This document shows positions 40,648-51,293 of a stretch of DNA of 64,000 nt, piece after piece. A model generated the notes under the pieces. It was given only the letters and a program-made list of their open reading frames with translations. It was not told where the DNA came from and searched no databases. Every line of letters begins with the position of its first letter. Position 1 is the stretch's first letter. The DNA is from a bacterium (GTDB lineage Bacteria > JAMCPX01): assembly GCA_037439545.1 (NCBI GenBank), contig JBBIVV010000001.1:96001-160000 (forward strand), in the 5' to 3' direction. A program made the position numbers and the translations under genes.

Positions 40648-41199
40648 ATGAGTAAAAATACAGAGATTAGATTAAGCGGTGAAGGCGGGCAGGGACTTAT
40701 ACTGGCAGGCGTTATTCTTGCATCTGCGGCACTTTTGGAAGGCAAAAATGCGGCACAATCCCAGTACTACGGACCTGAATCAAGGGGTGGTATCAGTAAA
40801 TCAGAGGTCGTTATAAGTGACGGTGATATTATTTATCCCGAGGTCGCTGACCCGGATCTTGTTCTTGTGCTTTCGGACGTCGCATGTATCCCTTATACAA
40901 AGGACATAAGACGCGACGATACACTGGTACTATTCGATTCAACCACGGTAAAACAGTTTCCCGAACTTAAACACGGCAGGATATACAAGCTCCCGTTTAC
41001 TATGACTGCCCATGATAAACTTGGCAAACCATTTATCGCAAATATCATAGCACTGGGGACGATCGTAGGATTGACCAATGTGGTCAGTAAGGAATCCATA
41101 GAAAAAGCAGTGCTTGCGCGGGTTCCCAAAGGTACGGAAGAACTGAACAAAACAGCTTTATTGGAAGGTTTCGAGCTTGCTAAGACAATAAAAAAATAG
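40648..41199 (+). CDS. korC: 2-oxoglutarate:ferredoxin oxidoreductase gamma subunit
   Basis: GEGGQG, YGPESRGG, NIIALG. Confidence 0.86.
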   Translation: MSKNTEIRLSGEGGQGLILAGVILASAALLEGKNAAQSQYYGPESRGGISKSEVVISDGDIIYPEVADPDLVLVLSDVACIPYTKDIRRDDTLVLFDSTTVKQFPELKHGRIYKLPFTMTAHDKLGKPFIANIIALGTIVGLTNVVSKESIEKAVLARVPKGTEELNKTALLEGFELAKTIKK

Positions 41200-41212
41200 A
41201 AAGGATATATCA

Positions 41213-42346
41213 ATGAAAAAATATTTACTTACCCCGGGTCCCACAGAACTGCCGCCAAGGGTGCTGCTCGCAATGGCGCATCCTATCATTCATCACAGAG
41301 CGCCTGAGTTTCTTCCTGTTCTTGAACAGGCGAGGGATGGATTGAAGTGGCTTTTTAAAACAAAAAATGAAGTCCTGATACTCGCATCATCCGGCACAGG
41401 AGCAATGGAAGGCGCTGTCACAAACTTCCTGTCAAAGGGTGACAAGGCTCTCACGGTAAACAGCGGGAAATTCGGTGAGAGATGGGCACAGATATGCAAG
41501 GCTTATGGTGTTGAAGCCGGTGTCATCAATGTTGAATGGGGACAGGCTGTTGATCCTGAGAAAATAAAAGAAGAATTAAAGAAGAATCCTGAAACAAAAG
41601 CTGTTTACCTTCAGGCAACGGAGACATCAACCGGTGTCGTTCACCCCGTGAAAGAGATCTCAAAAATTGTCCACGAAAACAGTAATGCAATAGTTGTCGT
41701 CGATGGTATTACAGGGGTCGGCGTGTTTGATCTGCCAATGGATGAATGGGGGATTGATATCCTCCTTACAGGATCCCAGAAGGCTCTCATGCTGCCTCCG
41801 GGACTTGCTTTTATAGGTATAAGCGACAGGGCATGGAAGCTGAACGAAACATCAACTCTGCCGAAGTTCTATTTTAACTTCAGTAAGGAATTAAAGAACA
41901 TAGTTAAAAACCAGACCGCTTACACTCCTGCAATATCGCTTATCGTAGGGCTTGGCGAATCACTGAAGATGATGAAAGAAGAAGGATTGGAGAATGTTTA
42001 CAAACGGCATTTATTGCTTGCAGAAGCGACAAGGAAAGGCGTGCAGGCAATGGGACTGAAACTGTATGCGTCAAAATCCCCGTCAAATTCATTAACGGCA
42101 GCTCTGTCTCCGGAAGGAATTGACTCCGGCAAGATCATCAGTTCTCTTGAGAAAGACTTTGGCATAAGAGTTGCGAATGGACAGGATCAGGCAAAGGGGA
42201 AAATATTCAGGATCGCTCACATGGGATATTACGATAAATCGGATATTCTGTTTGTGCTTGCCTCGCTTGAGATAGTGCTCAACAAACTTGGCTATAAATC
42301 AGAGCCCGGTATTGGAGTAGGTGCAGCAGAAAAAGTACTCATGTGA
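41213..42346 (+). CDS. Class V PLP aminotransferase (alanine-glyoxylate family; probable phosphoserine aminotransferase role)
   Basis: LLTPGPT, SSGTGAME, ETSTGV, GSQKALMLPPG, FRIAHMG; directly upstream of serA. Confidence 0.85.
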   Translation: MKKYLLTPGPTELPPRVLLAMAHPIIHHRAPEFLPVLEQARDGLKWLFKTKNEVLILASSGTGAMEGAVTNFLSKGDKALTVNSGKFGERWAQICKAYGVEAGVINVEWGQAVDPEKIKEELKKNPETKAVYLQATETSTGVVHPVKEISKIVHENSNAIVVVDGITGVGVFDLPMDEWGIDILLTGSQKALMLPPGLAFIGISDRAWKLNETSTLPKFYFNFSKELKNIVKNQTAYTPAISLIVGLGESLKMMKEEGLENVYKRHLLLAEATRKGVQAMGLKLYASKSPSNSLTAALSPEGIDSGKIISSLEKDFGIRVANGQDQAKGKIFRIAHMGYYDKSDILFVLASLEIVLNKLGYKSEPGIGVGAAEKVLM

Positions 42347-42407
42347 TAAAAGATTCGATATTTAAAGTTCAATATTTAATACCGAAAATCCAAGAAAGGG
42401 GTAGAAT

Positions 42408-43988
42408 ATGTCAAAGGTGCTTATTGCAGATGGTATAGCAGATGAAGGTTTAAAAATACTTACCGCATCGAACATACAGGTTGATGTGAGGAAAAAAACT
42501 TCCGCAGAAGAACTTGCCTCGCTTATCCCTGATTATGAAGGATTGGTTGTAAGGAGCGCAAGCAAGGTTACGAAGGATGTAATGGCAAAGGCCGGGAAGT
42601 TAAAGATCATCGGGAGGGCAGGCATTGGCGTCGATAATGTTGACGTATCTGCTGCCACCAAGAAAGGCATTGTGGTGATGAATACACCCGGCGGAAACAG
42701 TGTTACCACTGCTGAACACACTCTTTCGATGATAATGGCCATGGCAAGGCGTATTCCCCAGGCAACCGCATCATTAAAAGCGAATAAATGGGAAAAGAGC
42801 AAGTTTGAAGGGGTTGAACTCTACAATAAGGTTCTTGGAATCGTCGGTTTCGGTAATATAGGCAGTATACTTGCAGAAAGGGCTTTGGGATTAAAGATGC
42901 GGGTTATCGTTTATGACCCTTTTATTTCTGAAGAAAAAGCCATGAATATAGGTGTTAAAAAGGTAGGACTTGAAGAGCTCTATACAACAGCAGATATCAT
43001 TACTGTCCATACACCGAAAACAAAAGAAACTGCAGGCATGATAAACAAATCCGTATTTGAGAAGATGAAAAAGGGTGCCATGGTCGTCAACTGTGCACGA
43101 GGCGGTATAATCAACGAAGCCGATCTTCTTGAGGCACTCCAGTCAGGAAAGATTGCCTCGGCAGCACTCGATGTATTTGAGGTCGAACCGCCGGTTGATA
43201 ATCCCCTGTTAAAGCTCGATAACGTCATTGCAACCCCGCATCTTGGTGCATCAACGCATGAGGCGCAGGTCAATGTATCGGTCGATATTGCAAAGCAGTT
43301 TGTAGATTACTTTACAAGGGGTGCTATAAAAAATGCCGTCAACTATCCTTCTATCAGCGGTGAGATGTACCCGTTCCTCGAGCCCTATATAAGGCTTTCT
43401 GAAAAACTCGGCAAATTCATGGGGCAGCTCTATAAAGAGCCTGTTGAAGAGATAATCGTTGAATACGGCGGCGACATCACGGAATTGAATACCCAGCCTG
43501 TGACACTTGCGGGGTTAAAAGGCTTCCTGCAGTATGCTCATGGGGAAGAAGTGAACTACATTAATGCCAGCATCCTCGCAAAAGAAAAGGGCATTAATAT
43601 CGTCGAGTCAAAGACCGGTCAACCTGTAGATTTTACGAATCAGATTACCATGAAATTAAAAACGAAAGATTCCATCAAAAAGATATCGGGCGCTGTATTC
43701 GGCAAGAAACACATAAGAATCACCACAATAGAAAACTTCTATATAGAGGTTATTCCCGAAGGGCATATACTTGTTTTGAGGAATATCGATAAGCCTGGTG
43801 TTATCGGCAGTCTTGGAACATATCTTGGCAAGCATGACATTAATATAGCGAGGATGGAGCTTGGAAGGGAGTCTATCGGCAGTGAGGCCATAGCGTTGTT
43901 GAATATAGACGATGAACCCTCGGATGATGTTATGAAAGGCCTTAGAGAACTGGGAAATATTATCTCTGCGGAAAAGGTTACGCTTTAG
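42408..43988 (+). CDS. serA: D-3-phosphoglycerate dehydrogenase (long form with ACT domain)
   Basis: GRAGIGVDN, GFGNIG, NCARGG, TPHLGAST, C-terminal DKPGVIG ACT domain. Confidence 0.95.
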   Translation: MSKVLIADGIADEGLKILTASNIQVDVRKKTSAEELASLIPDYEGLVVRSASKVTKDVMAKAGKLKIIGRAGIGVDNVDVSAATKKGIVVMNTPGGNSVTTAEHTLSMIMAMARRIPQATASLKANKWEKSKFEGVELYNKVLGIVGFGNIGSILAERALGLKMRVIVYDPFISEEKAMNIGVKKVGLEELYTTADIITVHTPKTKETAGMINKSVFEKMKKGAMVVNCARGGIINEADLLEALQSGKIASAALDVFEVEPPVDNPLLKLDNVIATPHLGASTHEAQVNVSVDIAKQFVDYFTRGAIKNAVNYPSISGEMYPFLEPYIRLSEKLGKFMGQLYKEPVEEIIVEYGGDITELNTQPVTLAGLKGFLQYAHGEEVNYINASILAKEKGINIVESKTGQPVDFTNQITMKLKTKDSIKKISGAVFGKKHIRITTIENFYIEVIPEGHILVLRNIDKPGVIGSLGTYLGKHDINIARMELGRESIGSEAIALLNIDDEPSDDVMKGLRELGNIISAEKVTL

Positions 43989-44987
43989 ATGCCTTATAAG
44001 CACGTATTCAATAAGAAGGCATTTGATCGGCATGAACTTCCTTTTGGAGCAAAAGATTACATTCCTCCGGACTCGTATAAAATAAAAGAGATTGAAACTA
44101 TTATACTGAACATATTCAGTAAGTGGAAATATCAGTATATTATCACGCCATTGCTTGAATATCTCCCCGTTTATGGAGATGGCGATGCAGGTTTTGATGA
44201 TAAAGAATTGGTCAAGGTCATAGAGCGGGAAACAGGTAAGACAATGGTTTTGCGTGCTGATTTTACACCGCAGATAGCAAGGATTATAAGTTCAAAGATG
44301 AGGACAAACCATTCTGCCATAAGATTATCCTACAGCGGTCTTGTTGTGAAGCATGACAAAAACAAAGGAAAAAGCGAGATCTATCAGGCAGGTATTGAAT
44401 TGGTCAATGTAAAAGGTATTAATGCCGATGCAGAGCTCATCACAATAGCAGGTCAGGTATTAAAAAAGCTTGGAATCAACGATTTTGTAATATCAATAAG
44501 CCATGCAGGCTTTATCCGGATGCTTCTTGATCAGCTCAATTTTCAATCCCATGTCCCGGACATAATTGGTCTCTTGATGCAAAAGGATTACTCGGGAATC
44601 AATGATAGCGTAGGATTATCTAAAAAACAGAAAGAAGTCCTTAAATTATTATTTGAGTTATACGGAAAACCGGATAAAGTTATATCTAAAGCGTGCAATC
44701 ATTTTAAAAGTTTAAAATATAAGTTATTATTTAAACAGATAGAAGGTGTTCTTGGAATAATTAAAGACTTTGGTCTAAGTAACAAGGTTATGCTTGATTT
44801 AAGAGAAATGCATAGTATAGACTATCACACTGGCATTGTTTTTCAGGTGTTTACGTCTGGATATGGTGAGGAACTGATAAATGGCGGTAGGTATGACGGG
44901 TTCTTGAAGAGATATGGCACTGATCTACCTGCCACGGGGCTTGGTATAAATATTTCTGCACTATTGAAAATATTGAAGAAAGTATAG
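43989..44987 (+). CDS. hisZ: ATP phosphoribosyltransferase regulatory subunit (HisRS-like)
   Basis: LPFGAKD, LRADFTPQIAR, YQAGIEL, GGRYD; no anticodon-binding domain; precedes purA. Confidence 0.85.
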   Translation: MPYKHVFNKKAFDRHELPFGAKDYIPPDSYKIKEIETIILNIFSKWKYQYIITPLLEYLPVYGDGDAGFDDKELVKVIERETGKTMVLRADFTPQIARIISSKMRTNHSAIRLSYSGLVVKHDKNKGKSEIYQAGIELVNVKGINADAELITIAGQVLKKLGINDFVISISHAGFIRMLLDQLNFQSHVPDIIGLLMQKDYSGINDSVGLSKKQKEVLKLLFELYGKPDKVISKACNHFKSLKYKLLFKQIEGVLGIIKDFGLSNKVMLDLREMHSIDYHTGIVFQVFTSGYGEELINGGRYDGFLKRYGTDLPATGLGINISALLKILKKV

Positions 44988-44992
44988 ATGTT

Positions 44993-45011
44993 GGGTGAGG
45001 TTTCCTTGCCC
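44993..45011 (+). repeat. REP-like hairpin, variant of 31502-31520
   Basis: GGGTGAGG-TTT-CCTTGCCC versus GGGCGAGG-TTT-CCTCGCCC. Confidence 0.6.
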
Positions 45012-45025
45012 GTAAGGAGAAATAA

Positions 45026-46315
<1,290 letters not shown>

Positions 46316-46362
46316 TATCCATATTTCCCGCTTCAACAGATACTATTTTATATACTCAACAC

Positions 46363-47292
46363 TCATTTCTGAATGTATCTTATTGTTGGACCTGGAGAAA
46401 GAACGATTTTTGTATCTTCATACATATCACCATCGATAGTGTATTTAAGCGGAACATCCGATTTAATCTCAACACGCCGTGCAAGCACATCTGCCAGAAA
46501 TTTAAAATTCGGTTGATGACCCACATAGAGCTTGCGCAATCTTTTCATAACCTCAAAAGCTGTCGCTTTGCCCGCAAAAACATGGATCTTGTCGGGCAAT
46601 TCCTCTGCCCTGTACATTGCCCTGAAATTGAGACCTATATTTCTTATTGCTGAAGAAACAATAACAGAGTAATCGTCGTAATTCAATTTTACGCCGTCAA
46701 TAACTACCTCTGCTGTAACAGGGTCAAATAATCTTTCCACATAACCCGTTTTAACAATAGCCGATGCTATAGCTTTATATATGATCTGGAGTGCTTTTAC
46801 CGGCCCTGGATTCCCGCCTTCATAGTACATATCCATCAGATTTGAGACAAAGCCGGTACCAAACATAAAACCATATTTCCCGTTTATGTTTAATACCTTA
46901 TTCTCTTTTGTTCTGAACGGTATGTTTCCTCTGTAATTTTCGACAAGTTTTCCGGTTATTCCGGCAACGGATCCTTTGATTCCATTTAAAGCATTTGAAA
47001 TGGTATTCATGGTTCCGCCTCTCAGGTGGGCTACAAGCGGCAGATGTTCATCTTTGTAAACATCGATTATGCGTGTTAATACCTGATGGTTTGTTCCATC
47101 ACCGCCGTTGACACCGACTATTTCGTATCTGTCTTTTCTTATTTCTTTTGCAACCTCTGTCAATTCTTCGTAAGAAAATGGTACAAAAACAGTGCCGTAC
47201 TTGCCTATTATATCCTTTATTGAATCAAGGAGGTGCGGGTGTCTCATGTTTTTCTTGGATCGCGGATTATGGATGATACCAATGGCTTTCAT
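46363..47292 (-). CDS. Diacylglycerol/lipid kinase family protein
   Basis: NPRS, GGDGT, GGTMN, YTIDGD; start MKAIG behind GGGGGAG. Confidence 0.82.
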   Translation of the reverse strand: MKAIGIIHNPRSKKNMRHPHLLDSIKDIIGKYGTVFVPFSYEELTEVAKEIRKDRYEIVGVNGGDGTNHQVLTRIIDVYKDEHLPLVAHLRGGTMNTISNALNGIKGSVAGITGKLVENYRGNIPFRTKENKVLNINGKYGFMFGTGFVSNLMDMYYEGGNPGPVKALQIIYKAIASAIVKTGYVERLFDPVTAEVVIDGVKLNYDDYSVIVSSAIRNIGLNFRAMYRAEELPDKIHVFAGKATAFEVMKRLRKLYVGHQPNFKFLADVLARRVEIKSDVPLKYTIDGDMYEDTKIVLSPGPTIRYIQK

Positions 47293-47350
47293 GCTTCTCC
47301 CCCCATACATTTTATTTGCATCGTCATCATTTAATTGATACACACATTAC

Positions 47351-48043
47351 ATGAAAATTGGCAAGTTTTTAAAAGAAAGACTCGATAAAAAAACTATAAT
47401 AAAGGTACTGGCTCTCATAACAATATTTACCACAGCTACCATAGTGGTCTACATCACTCCATTGAAAAGGTATACGAACCCCAATGAGTTGAAGTCTTTC
47501 TTCCTGTCATGGGGCTACTGGGCACCATTGATATTTATTGCGGCTTTTTCGGTAAAATCCGTTATCCCTTTTCCTTCTTCCGTTTTTGCGCTTGCAGGAG
47601 GACTTGTCTTCGGACCGTTCTACGGAGCGGTTTATTCAATCATAGGTTCTATCGCCAGTGCCGGTATAGCGTATCAGATTTCGAGAAGACTCGGACGGGA
47701 CTTTGTCAATAAGGTTCTCGGGGCAAAGGCAAAAACACTGGACAGGCTGACCAATGTGCATGGGCTTGAGGTGGTATTGTTCTTCAGGATAGTGCCGTCG
47801 CTGCCGTTCGATGTATTCAATCTCGGAGCAGGGCTATCGGATATAACATTCAGGGACTTCATTATAGGTACGGCAATAGGCATGACACCATGGTCTTTTG
47901 CATTGAGCTATCTCGGCGATCGCATGGCAAACCTGAAACTAAATTTTATTTCATTGCTTTCATTTTTTCTGATTATAGCCATCTTCGCCCTGCCCGTAAT
48001 TATAAAAAAGTTTGGGAATGATAAGAAGAAGCGGAAATCATAA
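47351..48043 (+). CDS. TVP38/TMEM64 (DedA/VTT) membrane protein
   Basis: FPSSVFALAGGLVFG, RIVPSLPFDVFN, GTAIGMTP. Confidence 0.88.
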   Translation: MKIGKFLKERLDKKTIIKVLALITIFTTATIVVYITPLKRYTNPNELKSFFLSWGYWAPLIFIAAFSVKSVIPFPSSVFALAGGLVFGPFYGAVYSIIGSIASAGIAYQISRRLGRDFVNKVLGAKAKTLDRLTNVHGLEVVLFFRIVPSLPFDVFNLGAGLSDITFRDFIIGTAIGMTPWSFALSYLGDRMANLKLNFISLLSFFLIIAIFALPVIIKKFGNDKKKRKS

Positions 48044-48119
48044 ATATGAGCATTGCTCTTGACACGATGGTGTCGAGATGCTAACCATGTTCAAGTAGAA
48101 AATTGGAGGAAGAATATAA

Positions 48120-48428
48120 ATGGCACAAACAAGTAAAGCGAGAAAGCCGCCTAAAAAGTCTAAATCGGTTTTAAAGAGACAAAGGCAGAATATTAAAAAG
48201 AGAATGCACAATACCTCTGCATTGGCTGCTCTGCATACGGAAATCACAAAATTCAACGCTATTCTGCAGGGCAAGGAAGTGGAAAAAGCCAAAGCATTTC
48301 TCAGGGAATTGATTTCACTGGTTGCGCACCTGTCTTCACGGGGCATATTAAAGAAGCAGACAGCAAGCAGGAAGATCTCGCGCCTGAATCAGCGGTTTAA
48401 TAAAATTTTTGCTGCAAAAGCTCTATAG
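48120..48428 (+). CDS. rpsT: 30S ribosomal protein S20
   Basis: KSVLKRQRQNIKKRMHN...GILKKQTASRKISRL; GGAGG RBS; convergent with holA. Confidence 0.9.
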   Translation: MAQTSKARKPPKKSKSVLKRQRQNIKKRMHNTSALAALHTEITKFNAILQGKEVEKAKAFLRELISLVAHLSSRGILKKQTASRKISRLNQRFNKIFAAKAL

Positions 48429-49257
48429 TCAGTTTATCAAGGGCTGTGGTATTATTTATCAAGCCCTTTCTTATTTCAAGATTGTACTTATAGAGAAGAT
48501 TTATGCTTTTGATGAGCGCACCGTTGTTTGGAGAGCCGGCAAGTAATTGCCTGAATTTCCAAGCGAGCGCTCCGATTACCATAATGCTTTCTACACCTGT
48601 TTCTTTTATACTCTTTAAGTCCTTCAATGCAGCTTTCTGTTTATGAGCTAATATGTTGTTTACAAATCTGAACGTATCCGAATTGTTGATGTTGAAGGTA
48701 AGCTCACTTACCGCAGCTTCGTCTATCTTGCCGTCTTTACCGGCGTATGTCGACAGCTTATTGAGCTCATTCTCAACTATTCCCCATGTTGCCACTTCGA
48801 ATACATTTACGAGCATGTCCACCGCAGGCTGCGTTATCTTCACGTCGTGCTCTTTTATGTAATTCTGAATCAACGATTGTGTCGTCTGGTTTAAGGCAAT
48901 ATGTTTTTTAATCGATGGAGAGGATTGGATTGTTCCGAACTGTTCATCTTTTAAAGCGTCTGCATGGGCAGAAGTCATTATGAAAAGGATTTGATCAGGC
49001 GGAGAAGAAGTGAGAAATGTATTTATATGTTCGATTACCTCCGTCTTTAATAAGTCGATATTGTTGATGATAATGGCCCTGTTTTTTGAAATAAGTGAAT
49101 CCGTATACAGTGCATTGTCAATCTGCTGAAGTCCAGCGAGTTTACCTTCGAAGGTCTCGACTGCCTCGGACTTGTCCACATACTGAGATAACAATTTTCT
49201 GGTAATAGCCGAAATATAAGAGGTGTCTTTGCTCACAATTAAATGGATATTGCCCAT
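48397..49257 (-). CDS. holA: DNA polymerase III delta subunit (divergent)
   Basis: NELNKL motif and size; lptE-holA-rpsT synteny. Confidence 0.82.
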   Translation of the reverse strand: MGNIHLIVSKDTSYISAITRKLLSQYVDKSEAVETFEGKLAGLQQIDNALYTDSLISKNRAIIINNIDLLKTEVIEHINTFLTSSPPDQILFIMTSAHADALKDEQFGTIQSSPSIKKHIALNQTTQSLIQNYIKEHDVKITQPAVDMLVNVFEVATWGIVENELNKLSTYAGKDGKIDEAAVSELTFNINNSDTFRFVNNILAHKQKAALKDLKSIKETGVESIMVIGALAWKFRQLLAGSPNNGALIKSINLLYKYNLEIRKGLINNTTALDKLTIELLQQKFY

Positions 49258-49265
49258 AGTTGTCT

Positions 49266-49790
49266 CTAAAAATTGCTGTGCATGGCATCAAATGCCCTCT
49301 GTGTCATCGATATTGCAAGCACATTGATAGTATCCTTTTCGCTTTCTTTCGTGAGCAGCGGATCATTTACGGGATAAAAATCAAGGGTTTCGGTAAACCC
49401 GTTCATTTCCCACAATGTTTTATTCGTTATGGTCTGTATCAGCTTTATATTGATAGTTATGGTCAATTGATAGACGGTGGCTGTACCGTTGTTTGAAAAA
49501 AACACAGGCAAAGAACTATAAGAAACTATCGTTCCTTCGATAATGCCATCCGCACCTTTCTTCGAAGCGAGATGTGCATCTGATGAATCCGCTATGGTTT
49601 TTCTCATTGCCGAGGTGAATAGGTCCTCTATAGCTACTTCATCTGTCAAATTGGTAAAAACAGGCACATAAAGGTTTGTTACTTTTAAAGGGACAGCCCC
49701 AGTACCCCTGCCGAAGTGGTAGCCGCAGCCGCAGATCAGGAACACGCTTATTACAAAAGAAGTATAAAACGCCTTTTTTAATATGTCCAA
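49266..49790 (-). CDS. lptE: LPS assembly lipoprotein LptE
   Basis: Lipobox-like CGCGYHF, LYVPVFTN; directly upstream of holA. Confidence 0.82.
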   Translation of the reverse strand: MDILKKAFYTSFVISVFLICGCGYHFGRGTGAVPLKVTNLYVPVFTNLTDEVAIEDLFTSAMRKTIADSSDAHLASKKGADGIIEGTIVSYSSLPVFFSNNGTATVYQLTITINIKLIQTITNKTLWEMNGFTETLDFYPVNDPLLTKESEKDTINVLAISMTQRAFDAMHSNF

Positions 49791-49820
49791 ATGCTTTTTT
49801 CAGGTACTGGAGACTCTAAT

Positions 49821-49856
49821 TGAAGATACGCCCCGACGAGTCGGGGCCGTACTTCA
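49821..49856. terminator. Strong hairpin just downstream of 49860-50276 (terminator or REP-like)
   Basis: TGAAG-ATACG-CCCCGAC-GA-GTCGGGG-C-CGTA-CTTCA; lacks a clear U-tract. Confidence 0.45.
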
Positions 49857-49859
49857 TTA

Positions 49860-50276
49860 TTACATACTTGTTATATTTACTTTCTTTGTTTTTGATTTGG
49901 ATTTTGCCTTTGATGAAGTGCTTTTTTTTGAAGGTGCCTTTTTTGAAGTTGTTTCTTTATAAAGCTTTTCCGCCTGTTTCTTATATCCTTCTATCTTGTT
50001 CTTAATCTCAGAAACAGTTTTCTCTGCTTTTTGTTTGTACAGGTCTAACGCCTTGTCCTGAAGATCCGTGAATATTTTTTCATACTTTTTCTGTTCAGCT
50101 TCTACCCTTGCAACAACTTTTTTGATCTGCGGATTATTCACTGCCAGCTTCGCAATATCGTTTGTAGTTTTTACTATCAGGCTCTGAACCTGTGTCTGTG
50201 TTTTTTTTACAAGTTCCTGTGCCTCATCCTTAAACTGTTTTACAACGTCCAATAACTTTGTTTGTTTTGTTGACAT
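49860..50276 (-). CDS. Hypothetical helical protein with Lys/Ser-rich tail (phasin-like architecture)
   Basis: Strong AAGGAGG RBS; amphipathic/coiled-coil pattern followed by KKAPSKKSTSSKAKSKSKTKK. Confidence 0.7.
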   Translation of the reverse strand: MSTKQTKLLDVVKQFKDEAQELVKKTQTQVQSLIVKTTNDIAKLAVNNPQIKKVVARVEAEQKKYEKIFTDLQDKALDLYKQKAEKTVSEIKNKIEGYKKQAEKLYKETTSKKAPSKKSTSSKAKSKSKTKKVNITSM

Positions 50277-50388
50277 ACAAAACCTCCTTTATTTTTTTAT
50301 TTTAATATAGTATAACAATATAAAAGTCAAAAGAAACAACTGTATACACCGTGAGAAACACTTAAGTTCTCTTACAGAATAAACCTGT

Positions 50389-50418
50389 TTGACATAAATA
50401 GTAAGCATTTTATATCAT
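50389..50418 (+). promoter_or_regulatory. Sigma70 promoter of tRNA-Ser
   Basis: TTGACA-18-TATCAT, 8 nt before the tRNA 5' end. Confidence 0.6.
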
Positions 50419-50426
50419 GAAAGCAA

Positions 50427-50521
<95 letters not shown>

Positions 50522-50628
50522 CTACGCCGGCATAATGATATGGTACATTCTCCGGCAGGCCAGTGTCGAGAAGATATATAATTTTGATAACATCCTTTTT
50601 TGTATTATACTATGACAGAGAGGATAGG

Positions 50629-51210
50629 ATGAAGCTGATAGTATCTCAATCTGATGCGCTTATCGTCGTTGACGTACAGAGGGATTTCTGCCCGGGCGGT
50701 TCCCTTGCTGTTCCGGACGGAGATAAGGTTGTTCCGGTCTTGAACCGTTATATCGATATATTCGCTTCGAACTCCCTGCCGGTATTTGCGACAAGGGACT
50801 GGCATCCTGTAAATCACATCTCATTCAAGGCATACGGAGGTATCTGGCCGCCGCACTGTGTGCAGGAAACACAGGGGGCTCGGTTTCACCATGAACTCAA
50901 GCTTCCGGATTCAGTAACTATACTATCAAAGGCAACAGCGCCTAAAAAAGAGGCTTATTCGGGATTTCAAGGTACAGGACTGAGATCCATGCTTAAGAAG
51001 TTAAAGATCAAAAGGGTATTCATTGGCGGTCTTGCAACTGACTATTGCGTAAAAAACACGGTACTTGATGCGAGTAAAGCAGGCTTTCATGCCTTCTTGC
51101 TTATGGATGCATCAAGAGGTGTTGAAGTCAATCGTGGTGACAGTGAAAAAGCTATCAGCCGGATGCTTGCGGCAGGTGCCGTGGGAATAACTTTTGATGA
51201 TATAGTATAG
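50629..51210 (+). CDS. pncA: Nicotinamidase
   Basis: VDVQRDFCPGGSL, TRDWHP..H, WPPHCV, GLATDYCV. Confidence 0.92.
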   Translation: MKLIVSQSDALIVVDVQRDFCPGGSLAVPDGDKVVPVLNRYIDIFASNSLPVFATRDWHPVNHISFKAYGGIWPPHCVQETQGARFHHELKLPDSVTILSKATAPKKEAYSGFQGTGLRSMLKKLKIKRVFIGGLATDYCVKNTVLDASKAGFHAFLLMDASRGVEVNRGDSEKAISRMLAAGAVGITFDDIV

Positions 51211-51293
51211 TTTTAACACGCTGTTTCTCTCGTTACCATCGTCTTCCGGTTACCTGTTGCTCCTGAGTAGTTTATCTGCCTATAATAATATCT

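Noticed and set aside
22621..41199. A demonstrated dicarboxylate/4-hydroxybutyrate or rTCA carbon-fixation pathway
   Set aside because: Key enzymes (succinyl-CoA reductase, PEP carboxylase, citrate-cleaving enzymes) are not in the window; kept only as a hypothesis
48397..48428. 32-nt convergent overlap between rpsT and holA
   Set aside because: Short tail-to-tail overlaps at this conserved junction are unremarkable
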